Assembly: GCA_963796455.1 (NCBI GenBank)
Contig: CAWCLO010000010.1
Span: 64,001 to 128,000 of the forward strand
DNA length: 64,000 bases
Source: Candidatus Sulfomarinibacteraceae bacterium
GTDB lineage: Bacteria > Acidobacteriota > Thermoanaerobaculia > Thermoanaerobaculales > Sulfomarinibacteraceae
Direction: 5' to 3'
The position numbers and the translations under genes were made by a program. Under the pieces are notes generated by a model. It was not told the DNA's origin. It saw nothing but the letters and a program-made list of their open reading frames with translations, and made no database searches. Numbering within the stretch: position 1 is the stretch's first letter; each line of letters opens with the position of its first letter. Below, one piece after another: positions 49,499-58,382 of this stretch.

Positions 49499-50637
49499 CC
49501 ATCTATTTCGATCACGGCGCGACGTCTTTCCCCAAGGCACCGGGAACGGCCGAAGCGATGCACCGGTTCCTCGACGAAGCCTCGGGGAACCCCGGCCGAG
49601 GCGGCCATCGTTTGACGCTGGCGGCGTCGAGGGCGGTGGAGGGGGCGCGCGAAACAATCGCTACGCTGCTCGGCGGCGATCCCGAACGAACCTTGCTCGG
49701 TCCAGGCACCACCTTCTGGCTCAACACCGTGATGCGTTCGTGCCTCGATGGCGGCGGCCGCGTCGTCACCTCAGCACTCGAACACAACGCCGTGATGCGA
49801 CCGCTGCGGTGGTTGGAAAAGAATCGAGGGGTCGAGGTCGTCGTGGTGCAAGGCGGCGATCGAACGGGCGTGCCGACCGCGGAAGAATTCGCTGCCCGGG
49901 TCTCCGAGGCACCCACAGCCCTGGTCGTATGCACTCACGCAAGCAATATCACCGGAGCCATCCTTCCGGTAGCCGAAATCGCGCAAGCCGTGGCACCGGT
50001 GCCGGTGCTGGTGGACGCAGCGCAGACCGCGGGTTCGATTCCCTTCGATTTTTCCCGGCTCGGAGTTGCTGCCCTCGCCTGCTCCGGCCACAAGGGTCTG
50101 CTCGGACCGCCGGGCATCGGAGTGTTGATGCTGGCCGAGGATTTCAGCGTCGAAGCTCTGATCCAGGGAGGAACTGGCTCGCACTCTGAAAGCGAGGAGA
50201 TGCCGGAGCATCTGCCTGATCTACTCGAGGCGGGAACGGCCAATGGAGTGGGCGCGGTCGGGCTCGGTGCGGCCTGCTCGTGGCTGAGCGAGCAGACGAT
50301 TGCCGCAATCCAAGAACGCGAACAGGATCTTTTGCGCCGCCTGGTTGCGGGGCTGTCAGACATTCCGGGTCTGACCATCCATGGACGATCCGATGACTCG
50401 AATCACATTGGAGTCCTTTCGTTCACGATCCGGGGCGTCGACAACGGTGAGCTTGCCGCCCGCCTCGACCGCGAGCGCGGCATCTGCGTCCGCGCCGGTC
50501 TTCACTGCGCACCGGCGGCGCATCGCCGGATCGGGACCTTTCCGGACGGTACGATTCGAATCGGCGTGGGGCCGTTCAATACAGAGAGCCATATCGATGC
50601 CCTTGTCGATGCGATGAGAATATCCACGGCATCATGA
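49495..50637 (+). CDS. Class V aminotransferase, cysteine desulfurase / selenocysteine lyase family
   Basis: IYFDHGATSFPK, EHNAV, DAAQTAG, SGHKGLLGPPG, RAGLHCAP. Confidence 0.92.
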   Translation: MTIYFDHGATSFPKAPGTAEAMHRFLDEASGNPGRGGHRLTLAASRAVEGARETIATLLGGDPERTLLGPGTTFWLNTVMRSCLDGGGRVVTSALEHNAVMRPLRWLEKNRGVEVVVVQGGDRTGVPTAEEFAARVSEAPTALVVCTHASNITGAILPVAEIAQAVAPVPVLVDAAQTAGSIPFDFSRLGVAALACSGHKGLLGPPGIGVLMLAEDFSVEALIQGGTGSHSESEEMPEHLPDLLEAGTANGVGAVGLGAACSWLSEQTIAAIQEREQDLLRRLVAGLSDIPGLTIHGRSDDSNHIGVLSFTIRGVDNGELAARLDRERGICVRAGLHCAPAAHRRIGTFPDGTIRIGVGPFNTESHIDALVDAMRISTAS

Positions 50638-50742
50638 GTGTTGAGTTTTGAGTTATGAGTTTTGATTTGCACCCACCCTCATGCAAGGCTGGAAGCGCCC
50701 AATGGCCGATACCGAACTCCGAATTCCGAATTCCGAATTCGG
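50637..50742. repeat. Heptamer tracts (TGAGTTT)n ... (CCGAATT)n
   Basis: gagtgttgagttttgagttatgagttttga ... ccgaactccgaattccgaattccgaattcgg. Confidence 0.75.
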
Positions 50743-50755
50743 TTCAGGTACGGCG

Positions 50756-52047
50756 ATGACCGGCCGGGACCTCCTTTTGGTCTTCGGCACCGTGCAGCGG
50801 GTGATGCGCGCCGAGAAGGCTGCGCGCGAGGTGGGACTCGATGTGGACGCCGTGCCGGCGCCGCGTTCGGTGAGTTCGCAATGTGGGGTGGTTCTCGAGG
50901 CGCGCTCCTCGGAAACTTCGGGGTTGAATACGGTCCTCGATGACCTCGGATTGCAACCGAAGACGGTCTATCGCGACGGTGGCACCGGTTGGACACCGAG
51001 CGCCCTCGACGCGGTGGTCGCCAAAGACCTCGTCAAATTGACCGCGGGCAGCGCCTATGGTGGGTGTGGCGCCAAACTTTCCAAGGGTTTGCTCGAAAAG
51101 ATCCTCTGTGGTCTGCCACGCCTCGTTTCCGACGATCTCCTGGTCGGTATCGAGTACGCCGATGACGCCGGGGTGGTCCGGGTCTCGGACGAGATCGCCA
51201 TCATCCACACCACCGATTTCTTTCCGCCGATGGTGGACGACCCGTACGCCTTCGGCCGCATCGCGGCGGTCAACGCCCTGTCCGATGTGTGGGCGATGGG
51301 TGGGACGGTCCTCGCCGCCATGAATCTGGTCAGCTTTCCCCTCTCGCAATACGATGGTGACACCCTGAAGGAGATTCTGCGCGGCGGTCTGTCGGCGCTC
51401 GAGGAAGCGGGCGGAGTGCTCGCTGGAGGCCATACGGTCGAGGGACAGGAGCTACTTTTTGGGCTCGCCGTCACCGGCACCGTGCACCCGGATCGGATCT
51501 GGCGCAACGCCGGTGCGCTGGCGGGCGATGTCCTGATCCTCACCAAGCCGCTCGGCACCGGAGTCATTACGACGGCGGCCAAGGCCGAGATGGTGGACGC
51601 CGCCCACCTGTCGACGGCCCTTCGATGGATGTCGACTCTCAACCGCGAGGCGGCCGAGGCGCTGCAGGATGCGGAACCGCATGCGGTCACCGATGTGACC
51701 GGTTTCGGTCTTGCCGGCCACGGCGCGGAGATGGCGGAGGCATCGGGTCTGGCCATCGAGATCGATCTCGGCGCGCTGCCTCTCCTGCCTGGTGCGTTGG
51801 AGGCCGCGGCGACAGGATTGGTTCCGGCCGGGGCCGGGAAGAACCGGACCAGCGTCGAGACGGTCCTCGAGATCGCCGAAGGTACCGACGAGCTCGGGTG
51901 GATCTTTGCTTCGACCCCCAGACTTCGGGTGGTCTGCTGGCGGCGGTGGCCCCCGAACACGCGGAGGCCGTCGTGCGGCGCCTCCCCGGAGCGGCCATCG
52001 TCGGCCGAGTGGTCAAGGGTGAGCCAGGGGCCATCAGGCTCGGATAA
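50756..52047 (+). CDS. selD: DUF3343-like domain fused to selenophosphate synthetase SelD, with a frameshift near 51895
   Basis: GGCGAKL, DDAGV, TTDFFPPMVDDP, AGGHT, LTKPLGTG, TDVTGFGLAGH. The conserved DPQTSGGLL lies in another frame that ends at 52047. Confidence 0.9.
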
Positions 52048-52345
52048 CCACAGCCCATCGGCCCGCGATTTTGAGCACCGAGCCTCGCCACTAGCGACCA
52101 CGAGTAAGGCAGTGGCGAGTCGGAACTTGCTGGCAACGATGAGGTTTCAGGAGGCCACCGGAATGCACCCGGGGCCACTGTGTCAATTGAAAATCCCCGG
52201 TGTTCGACTCCGTGTCTCGGTGCCCTCTCGTGGCTTTGGCTATTTTCGGCACCGGTTCCTGGGCTCGCGCGCCAGGCATAAACTGCCGCCCCCTCCGAGC
52301 TGAAGGCGTTTGATCGTCATCCCGAGCGAGTGCAGCATGGAGGAT

Positions 52346-52412
52346 GTGCAGGCGAGACGCCTGCACCAAAAGACGCTTCGAGGCATTTCTGGTGCGGCCG
52401 TCTCGGCCGCAC
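52346..52412. repeat. REP-like family A, copy 3
   Basis: gtgcaggcgagacgcctgcacca...tggtgcggccgtctcggccgcac. Confidence 0.75.
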
Positions 52413-52435
52413 ATTTTCTGTCCTCCCCGGTGCGG

Positions 52436-53203
52436 TCAAAAACCCTTCAAGCTGCGAAGGTGCTGCAGCAGGATCCCGGTGGCGACGGCGACGTTCAGGG
52501 ACTCGATCTCGCGGCTCATCGGAATGGTCACGGTGCCATCGGCAAGATCGATTGCTTCGGACGAGAGCCCGGGGCCTTCCGCCCCCAGGAGAATCAAACA
52601 GGGTTCGGTCGTTCGCCAACCATCGAGCGGACGGCCGCCCGCACCGGATGCCCAGACCTCGCCGCCCACCGTTCGCAGCCGTTCGACCGCTCCATCGGCC
52701 GAGACGCCCCGCTCCACAGGCAGGCGAAAGACCGAGCCGGCCGATCCTCGCACCGCGGCCGGACCAAAGGGGTCGGCGCAGTCGGGGGACAGCATCACCG
52801 TGGCTGCGCCAAGTCCGGCAGCCGCACGGACGATGGCGCCGAGGTTGCCGGGTTCCTGGACCCGTTCGAGCCACAGCCCGATCCCCCCGGAGGCATTCCA
52901 ACGCGGCAATTTCGGTTCCTGCGCCACCGCCAGAACGCCCTGTGGACTTCGGGTCGGAGCGATGTCCTTGAGGACGGAGCTTTCGACTTCGTAGACCTCG
53001 GCCGCGCGCTCGGCCCAGCCCACGATCTCGGCCTCATTCAGGAGATCCGTAGTGAGGTACAGCTCGCGAATCGGGATGCCCCAGCGAATCAGATCTGCCA
53101 CCAGCCGGCGGCCATCCACCACGACTTCACCATCGCGGCGCTGTTTGACCCGTTTTCTGAGATCCTTGACCCGGGAGCCGTGGCGTCCAATTGATTCAAT
53201 CAC
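52436..53203 (-). CDS. TrmH/SpoU family RNA methyltransferase
   Basis: VQEPGNLGAIVR, LGAEGPGLS, IPMSREIESLNVAVA. Confidence 0.93.
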   Translation of the reverse strand: MIESIGRHGSRVKDLRKRVKQRRDGEVVVDGRRLVADLIRWGIPIRELYLTTDLLNEAEIVGWAERAAEVYEVESSVLKDIAPTRSPQGVLAVAQEPKLPRWNASGGIGLWLERVQEPGNLGAIVRAAAGLGAATVMLSPDCADPFGPAAVRGSAGSVFRLPVERGVSADGAVERLRTVGGEVWASGAGGRPLDGWRTTEPCLILLGAEGPGLSSEAIDLADGTVTIPMSREIESLNVAVATGILLQHLRSLKGF

Positions 53204-53290
53204 TTTGTTGTGGCCTTGTCTGTGTTCATGCCGACATCATACGTCCATCAAGCAATCGATGCTCGGCCAAGAGAAGCAACTGCCGACGCC

Positions 53291-53391
53291 TGATGCTCGA
53301 TACTCGATCGCCCACCTACCCGCAGCGCTTCGGATCAGCCGACTCTCTCCTGAAATCCATCGAGAAACGAGTATCCAGCATCGAGTATCGG
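53291..53391. repeat. Inverted degenerate heptamer tracts (TCGATAC)/(CGAGTAT)
   Basis: tgatgctcgatactcgat ... catcgagaaacgagtatccagcatcgagtatcg. Confidence 0.55.
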
Positions 53392-53475
53392 ATGGGCAGG
53401 TTGGCGTTAGTGGATTTTTTCACAATCATTTGAGATAATTCCTACCCCGTCGCAAAACGCGACGGCAGAAGGGAA

Positions 53476-54702
53476 GTGGCAGATATGAGCCTCTCCTTGA
53501 TCGCCAAATCCATTGGCGAATCGGCAACCCTCAAACTCAACGAAGTGGCTGCTGTCCTACGAGCAAAAGGTGATCCGGTGATCCACCTTGGCGGCGGCGA
53601 ACCAAAAGGCAAGGCCCCACTCGATGCGATCCTCGCGGCGACCTCGCTGCTGACCTCGGGTGAGGTTCGTTACACGCCACCGGATGGCATCCCGGCGCTC
53701 AAAAAGGCGATCATCCGCTATACCGAAGATTTCTACGGTTGGCGGCCGGCCCCTGAGAACGTGATGGCCGCCGGCGGCGCCAAACAGGCGATCATGTCGG
53801 CTCTACACGCCATCCTCGATCCCCAGGAGGAGGTCATCTTCCCGGCTCCCTATTGGGTTTCCTACCCGGAGATGGTCAAGCTGGTCGGAGCGGTGCCGGT
53901 GCCGGTGCTCCCCGAAGACGGGTCCTTCATTCCCCGCATTCAGGACATCGAGCAGGTGATCGGTTCGTACACCAAGGCCATCGTGCTCAACAGCCCGAAC
54001 AACCCGAGCGGGGCCGTCTATCCAGCGGATTTCGTCAAGGATGTGGTGGAGCTGTGCGAGAAACGCGGTCTGTATCTGATCATGGACGATATCTACCACC
54101 GCCTGATCTACGACGGACGCACCCCGGTCAACGCCTACGAATTCGCCAAAGACCACACCGACAACTCGAAGTTGATCATCATCAACGGGGTCTCGAAACA
54201 GTACGCAATGACCGGTTTCCGGATCGGCTGGGCGGTCGCCAACACCAACCTGATCAAGGTCATGACCAACATCCAGGGTCACGAGACTTCGGGTCCGTCG
54301 GCGGTCCTGCAGCATGCGGCGGTCGGCGCCATCAACGGCATCCAATCGTCGGTGGACAGCCTTCGCACCACGCTCGAGAACAATCGCAATGTGCTTGTCC
54401 AGGAACTCAACGCTTTTGAAGGTGTTCGCCTGGAAGAGCCCGGCGGCACCTTCTACTCCTTCCCGGACTTCAGCCACTACGACAAGGACTCGGTCCGTCT
54501 TTCGAAGTTCCTGCTCGATAAAGTCCAGGTCGTTACCGTGCCCGGTGCGGAATTCGGCATGGAAGGCCACCTCCGCCTGAGCTTCTGCGGCTCCATCAAA
54601 GACATCACAAAAGGCATCGAGCGCATCAAGTGGGCCCTCGATCCGAACTCCCCCAATGAGCTTTACATCGGTGAGCGCAAGCTGGTGAGGGACTGGTCAT
54701 GA
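53476..54702 (+). CDS. Class I PLP-dependent (aspartate) aminotransferase
   Basis: GAKQA, PYWVSY, NSPNNPSG, DDIY, SKQYAMTGFRIG. Confidence 0.93.
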   Translation: MADMSLSLIAKSIGESATLKLNEVAAVLRAKGDPVIHLGGGEPKGKAPLDAILAATSLLTSGEVRYTPPDGIPALKKAIIRYTEDFYGWRPAPENVMAAGGAKQAIMSALHAILDPQEEVIFPAPYWVSYPEMVKLVGAVPVPVLPEDGSFIPRIQDIEQVIGSYTKAIVLNSPNNPSGAVYPADFVKDVVELCEKRGLYLIMDDIYHRLIYDGRTPVNAYEFAKDHTDNSKLIIINGVSKQYAMTGFRIGWAVANTNLIKVMTNIQGHETSGPSAVLQHAAVGAINGIQSSVDSLRTTLENNRNVLVQELNAFEGVRLEEPGGTFYSFPDFSHYDKDSVRLSKFLLDKVQVVTVPGAEFGMEGHLRLSFCGSIKDITKGIERIKWALDPNSPNELYIGERKLVRDWS

Positions 54703-56357
54703 GCAAGTATCTGAAATTCAAAACACCCGCCACCGACCAGGCCGGTGACCTCAAGAGCCGCTACGGGCTCGAAAACCACGGCCTCGTCCACCTCGATCGT
54801 GTCTATTGGAATCTGCCCGAGCCCGCCCTGTACGAGGAGGCCTCGTTCCGCCAGGAAGGGCGAATGGCCCACGGTGGTCCTCTGGTGGTCAACACCGGCA
54901 AGTGGTCGGCTCGAGCCGCGCAGGACAAATACGTCGTCCGCGAGCCATCGACCGAGGACACGATCTGGTGGGGCGAATACAACCGTCCCTATGCCGCCGA
55001 GAACTTCTCGTCGCTGGTGTCGCGCGTGCAGGCTTTTCTGCAGGACGAAGAGCTCTTTGTCCAGGACGCCTACGTGGGCGCCGACCCCGATTACCGGATG
55101 CCGATCCGGGTAATTACAGAATACGCCTGGCACTCCCTGTTCGCCCGCAATATGTTCATTCTCCCCAAGACCCAGGAGGAGTACCAGAACCACGTGCCCG
55201 AGTTCACGGTGATCGCCGCTCCGTCATTCAAGGTCGACCCGCGGATCGACGGCACCCGTTCGGACACGGCCATCATCCTCAGCTTTGCCGACCGCCTCGC
55301 GCTGATCTGCAACTCGCAGTACGGCGGCGAGATCAAGAAGAGCATGTTCACCGTCATGAACTACCTGCTGCCGAAGCAGGATGTTCTTTCGATGCACTGT
55401 TCGGCCAACGTCGGTGACGACGGCGACGTGGCGCTCTTCTTCGGTCTCTCAGGAACCGGAAAAACGACGCTCTCGGCGGATCCGAAAAGGCAGTTGATCG
55501 GTGATGACGAGCACGGCTGGTCGGACGACGGTGTCTTCAACTTCGAGGGCGGCTGTTACGCCAAGGTCATCCGGCTGTCGGCCGACAACGAGCCCGAGAT
55601 CTACGACACCACCCGCCGTTTCGGAACCATCCTTGAGAACGTGGTCCAGGACCCGACCTCGCGACGACTCGATCTCGACGACGATCGTTTCACCGAAAAC
55701 ACCCGCGCCGCGTACCCGCTCGAATTCATCCCCAACGTGGTGCCCGAGGGATCGGTCAAGTCGCACCCGAAGAACATCATTCTGCTGACCTGCGACGCCC
55801 AGGGGGTGTTGCCGCCGATCGCCAGGCTCGACCCCGAGCACGCGGTATACCACTTTATCTCCGGCTATACCTCGAAGATCGCCGGCACCGAGATCGGCCT
55901 CGGTATCGAGCCCGAGATCGCGTTTTCGGCATGTTTTGGCGCGCCGTTCATGGTCCACCACCCCTTCACCTATGCCGACCTGCTGCGCGCCAAGATGGAG
56001 AGACACGGCGCCACCTGCTGGCTGGTCAACACCGGTTGGGTCGGTGGCGGCTGGGGCGTTGGCAAGCGGATTTCGATCCGCCACACACGCAATCTGTTGA
56101 ACGCCGCCCTCGAGGGGATACTCGACAAGGTCGAGTTCCGCCAGGACAATATCTTCGGCTTCGAGGTTCCGCTGTCCTGTCCCGATGTGCCGGAGGAGGT
56201 GCTCGATCCCTCCACATCGTGGGGCAACAAGGATGAGTACTGGAAGCGCTATGACGCGCTGGCGGCTCGTTATGTGGAGAATTTCAAGCTCTATGCTGAC
56301 GGTTGTCCGGCGGAGGTCGCAGCAGCCGGTCCGAAGCGCTTGAAGACCGTGGGGTAG
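54699..56357 (+). CDS. pckA: Phosphoenolpyruvate carboxykinase (ATP)
   Basis: YGGEIKKS, MHCSAN, GLSGTGKTTLS, LIGDDEHGW, NFEGGCYAK, ENTRAAYP. Confidence 0.97.
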   Translation: MSKYLKFKTPATDQAGDLKSRYGLENHGLVHLDRVYWNLPEPALYEEASFRQEGRMAHGGPLVVNTGKWSARAAQDKYVVREPSTEDTIWWGEYNRPYAAENFSSLVSRVQAFLQDEELFVQDAYVGADPDYRMPIRVITEYAWHSLFARNMFILPKTQEEYQNHVPEFTVIAAPSFKVDPRIDGTRSDTAIILSFADRLALICNSQYGGEIKKSMFTVMNYLLPKQDVLSMHCSANVGDDGDVALFFGLSGTGKTTLSADPKRQLIGDDEHGWSDDGVFNFEGGCYAKVIRLSADNEPEIYDTTRRFGTILENVVQDPTSRRLDLDDDRFTENTRAAYPLEFIPNVVPEGSVKSHPKNIILLTCDAQGVLPPIARLDPEHAVYHFISGYTSKIAGTEIGLGIEPEIAFSACFGAPFMVHHPFTYADLLRAKMERHGATCWLVNTGWVGGGWGVGKRISIRHTRNLLNAALEGILDKVEFRQDNIFGFEVPLSCPDVPEEVLDPSTSWGNKDEYWKRYDALAARYVENFKLYADGCPAEVAAAGPKRLKTVG

Positions 56358-56360
56358 AGA

Positions 56361-56395
56361 TCGGAATTCGGAGTTCGGAATCGGAATTCGGAGTT
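56361..56395 (+). repeat. Heptamer tract (TTCGGAR)n
   Basis: tcggaattcggagttcggaatcggaattcggagtt, right after the pckA stop. Confidence 0.75.
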
Positions 56396-56648
56396 GTCAT
56401 CGCAGGGCTCTTTCTGATTTCATATCGCAATACTGCCCTTGACTTCGGGTGCCCAGGTCAGTGCTGTCCAAAACAAATCGTGATCTGAAGTTGCCCGGTT
56501 GACAACACGAAATTTACGTGTTGGATTTCGGCATTTCCGCTTCGTGGTTGCCCCGTGCCCGGGTCCGAATTGCAGCGGCACCGACAGTGTTCAGCGTCAG
56601 CGACAGAGGACAGCGGCGGCGGCAGCGATCAGGAGTCCAGTCGGCGAA

Positions 56649-56788
56649 ATGGCCACCTCCGGGTCGTTCAAAGGAAGGGGTAGCCGGTGGGCGGCCGATG
56701 TCAAGGACAGGCAGGGTGCAGGGCATCCTTGACATCGGCCACCACACCGGCTTGTGGGTAGGGGCATGAACGACCCGGAGGTGACCAT
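56649..56788 (+). other. 140-nt nested hairpin leader, copy 2
   Basis: 56649-56670 pairs with 56767-56788 and 56682-56707 pairs with 56726-56752. The 3' arm contains the RBS and the start of the ATG. Confidence 0.85.
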
Positions 56789-57140
56789 GTCCAACGCCGC
56801 CACGAACACCAACCTCGTTGCCCACTCGAAAGCACTCGAAGCCGCAGGAATCGCGATCAATCTCGTGATGAGGGTTCCAGCTCCTCTGAAGTCGATAGCC
56901 GATCAGGTGATCCGTTCGGCAAGTTCAGTCCCTGCGAACCTGGCAGAAGGCCACGGCCGTTTCGGTAGAGACCGGTTGAACCACTGGAGAATCGCGTACG
57001 CCTCGGCGAAGGAGGTCGACAGCCACTTGGAGCTCCTCGCCCACGCCGGGGCGATCAGCCAGAATGGAGCCGGTGAAGCAATGAAGGCCTTCGATCAGGT
57101 CCGTGCGATGACATGGCGTTTACTCAACCCAAAGTCTTGA
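56787..57140 (+). CDS. Four-helix-bundle protein (23S rRNA IVP / bAvd-like family)
   Basis: Same signature as 26996-27349. 16 of 117 residues differ by manual count. Confidence 0.92.
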   Translation: MSNAATNTNLVAHSKALEAAGIAINLVMRVPAPLKSIADQVIRSASSVPANLAEGHGRFGRDRLNHWRIAYASAKEVDSHLELLAHAGAISQNGAGEAMKAFDQVRAMTWRLLNPKS

Positions 57141-57301
57141 TTTCAGGGCTCCATGCCAGTCAAACGTGACGCTGACTCCTGTTCGCTGACGCTGAACACT
57201 GGTCGCCGTTCCCTGTCGCTGACGCTGATCGCGGCCACCGTCCCTGATCGCTGTCTGAGACTCTATCTTGGACAAGAGTGTGCTCAGGTCCAGGATTCGA
57301 T

Positions 57302-57391
57302 TCTGTCGCCCCTCCGGGGCTCGATATTGATTTTTTCATCTAATTCCTGGGGCTGACGCCCCAGGCTACTCTCTGTCGCCGCTTCGCGGCT
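57302..57391 (-). repeat. REP-like family B, copy 2
   Basis: Reverse complement matches 29273-29361 except for the spacers. Confidence 0.8.
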
Positions 57392-57469
57392 CACAATCTC
57401 CATTTTTCTCTGTGCCTCTGTCTCTGAGGTTGTTTCGAAACGCCCCAGATCGAAATCGCCGGTCGAGGT

Positions 57470-58381
57470 CTATTTCTGGATCGGGAGGCGCTCGGTCGAG
57501 TAAGTCGGCTTCTCCTCGCGCGGTTTGGCGGCGCGATTGGCGGCGCGGGCCTGCATTTTGCGGACCCATTCCTCCGGCGGTTCCTGCGGCGCGAAAGAAA
57601 CAAAGAGCGCGACCCAGCAAAAGGCCGCCGCGAGCCACCCAACGACGATACCGAGCACCGCCCACGGCATATCGAGCGCCACTGGCAGGACCACAAGAAC
57701 CAGGGCCGGTAGCATCCACACCAAAAGGGGCAGCATCGAGCTCAGGGGATTTCGCAGGACGGCCCAGAGCCCCCTCGCCCAGGCGACCAGAGCCGATCTC
57801 CGACCCGATTCGCCCACCAACCACGCCGCGCGGAGGGTGGAGAGCCAACCCAGAAGCACGATCATGCCCATGCCGAACAGGCCGAGCGCCAACACGATGA
57901 GCTCCGATCGCGCGGAGTCGACGATCATCCGCAATTCCCTTACAGCGAGCCAGATCGAGAAAGCTCCAGCAATCGTCACCACATTGCCGACCGTCCACAA
58001 CCGGGCGTATCGCCACCACCAGACGACGCCGTGGCCGAGGATTTCGGAGAGCCGTACCTTGGCGGCGCCCGCGCCCAGCCACCAGCGCACGATTCCTCCG
58101 TGCCACAGGACCGACCACGCGAAGAGCAACAGGACCGCAAGCACAAGCGCGACGGCGATTGGTACTGCCACCGGGCGCAGCAGTTCGAAGAAAATCAACA
58201 GGGAGTCTCCGTCAGGGAGATCGTGGGAAGGGAAGTTGGACCGGGCCGGATTGGCGGCCGCGTGAATGATGACCTGCGCCGGTATCAGGGCCGCGATCGA
58301 CACCATCCAGACAGCGAAGACCACCTTGCGCAACCTGAACGCTAGACGCAGTCCGTCGACCGGGGAAGGGCGACCCGCCAT
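57470..58381 (-). CDS. Hypothetical polytopic membrane protein
   Basis: About six hydrophobic segments. Starts 1 nt after the M1 peptidase stop. Confidence 0.75.
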   Translation of the reverse strand: MAGRPSPVDGLRLAFRLRKVVFAVWMVSIAALIPAQVIIHAAANPARSNFPSHDLPDGDSLLIFFELLRPVAVPIAVALVLAVLLLFAWSVLWHGGIVRWWLGAGAAKVRLSEILGHGVVWWWRYARLWTVGNVVTIAGAFSIWLAVRELRMIVDSARSELIVLALGLFGMGMIVLLGWLSTLRAAWLVGESGRRSALVAWARGLWAVLRNPLSSMLPLLVWMLPALVLVVLPVALDMPWAVLGIVVGWLAAAFCWVALFVSFAPQEPPEEWVRKMQARAANRAAKPREEKPTYSTERLPIQK

Positions 58382-58382
58382 C

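Larger units (their letters stand above)
56570..57295 (+). mobile_element. Four-helix-bundle cassette, copy 2 (putative element; ends approximate)
   Basis: Inverted homolog of 26870-27600. Contains the inverted repeat 56585-56606 / 57179-57201. Confidence 0.6.

Noticed and set aside
50681..52303. 540-aa SelD with a novel C-terminal extension, as in the ORF track
   Set aside because: The extension results from the frameshift near 51895, and the first 25 residues are translated heptamer repeats.
52048..52310. tRNA-Sec or other ncRNA downstream of selD (GTTCGACTCC and several small hairpins)
   Set aside because: I could not build a cloverleaf with a paired T stem and a UCA anticodon arm. An Infernal search would settle it.
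56729..56757. Sigma70 promoter from TTGACA inside the hairpin arm
   Set aside because: There is no plausible -10 element at 16-18 nt. The hexamer is part of the inverted repeat.
26870..57295. Composite transposon bounded by the two inverted four-helix cassettes
   Set aside because: No transposase or target-site duplication is seen, the interval includes housekeeping genes (pckA, aminotransferase), and the copies have diverged.
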